A stretch of 64,000 nucleotides of DNA. Origin: Stylophora pistillata. Its lineage: Eukaryota. Below are positions 63,401 to 64,000 of the stretch, one piece after another. A model generated the notes under the pieces. The model had not been told where the DNA came from, did not search any database, and saw nothing but the letters and a program-made list of their open reading frames with translations. Each line of letters begins with the position of its first letter. Position 1 is the first letter of the stretch. The DNA lies in NCBI RefSeq assembly GCF_002571385.2, contig NW_019217855.1, forward strand, positions 445,927 through 509,926, in the 5' to 3' direction. The position numbers and the translations under genes were made by a program.

Positions 63401-64000
63401 TGCTGTTTTAGACGTCTTTAGAAAAAAACAAAAAATCTTTAGCTGGTGCCCGTGAGACAAGAATGAGTGGGCCGCGATTGACGTTTTTTTAAACATGTAT
63501 GGTTATTAACAAGGTAACTAAGACAAACTGGGACATTGTTTTGTTTTTCTTCAAAAAAAAAAGAGCGAGCGTGCTACCACTTGGTGTTGATCAAGAAAAT
63601 GCTCATGGAAATTACCATTTGTGGAAGTGAAATTTTTTTTCGTATTGTGCTGGAGATCGTTGGTGTCTTAATTAGGTCGCCAGAACTCTGGAGGGTGTCT
63701 TCTTTGTGTTCATCACGCGTGACCAGAACTAATCGTGCGCGGGCACTCCGCGCGAGCACCGCGCGCCTTTATAATTAGCATTTGTTAGCCTCGTGAATGA
63801 ATTTGCAATTAAAAACTGGTACAGTGGTAACTGTTGTCACACGTTACCAGCCAATTCACATTATTGTTTAGACGCGTTGCTATCTTTTCATTGTAAGAAA
63901 TACGGATTTTCCAGAGTAAGCAAATTGTGTACATATTCCCTAACGGTTCACTTTATCATAAGAATTACTTTTAAGGTATTACCGGCCGGATACGGCTCTT

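Overview
AT-rich, intron-containing animal genomic DNA with three assembly gaps. The repeat content resembles that of stony corals (inference). Two adjacent gene arrays lie on the + strand. (1) Four EndoU/XendoU-family endoribonuclease paralogues (~0.8-28 kb; copy 1 is 5'-truncated by the window). Copies 2-4 have six coding exons and N-terminal signal peptides. The catalytic region is systematically altered: GFKH replaces GFEH, the following Glu is Asn in two copies, and copy 1 has catalytic His->Asn. (2) Two secreted multi-trefoil (P-domain) genes (36.7-48.2 kb): an acidic 4-domain one and a basic 3-domain one with a Pro-rich tail, both using 15-nt microexons. The promoter plus signal-peptide exon of trefoil gene 2 is also duplicated inside the EndoU array. 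Interspersed are CR1/L2-type LINE relics (one with a signal-peptide-like N-terminus and a 2A-like motif), Penelope-like insertions carrying minimal hammerhead ribozymes, a Merlin/ISXO2 transposase relic, a TTAA-flanked TIR element, SINEs and MITEs. I found no supportable gene in 48.4-64 kb. All exon models were built by hand from GT-AG sites and reading phase.
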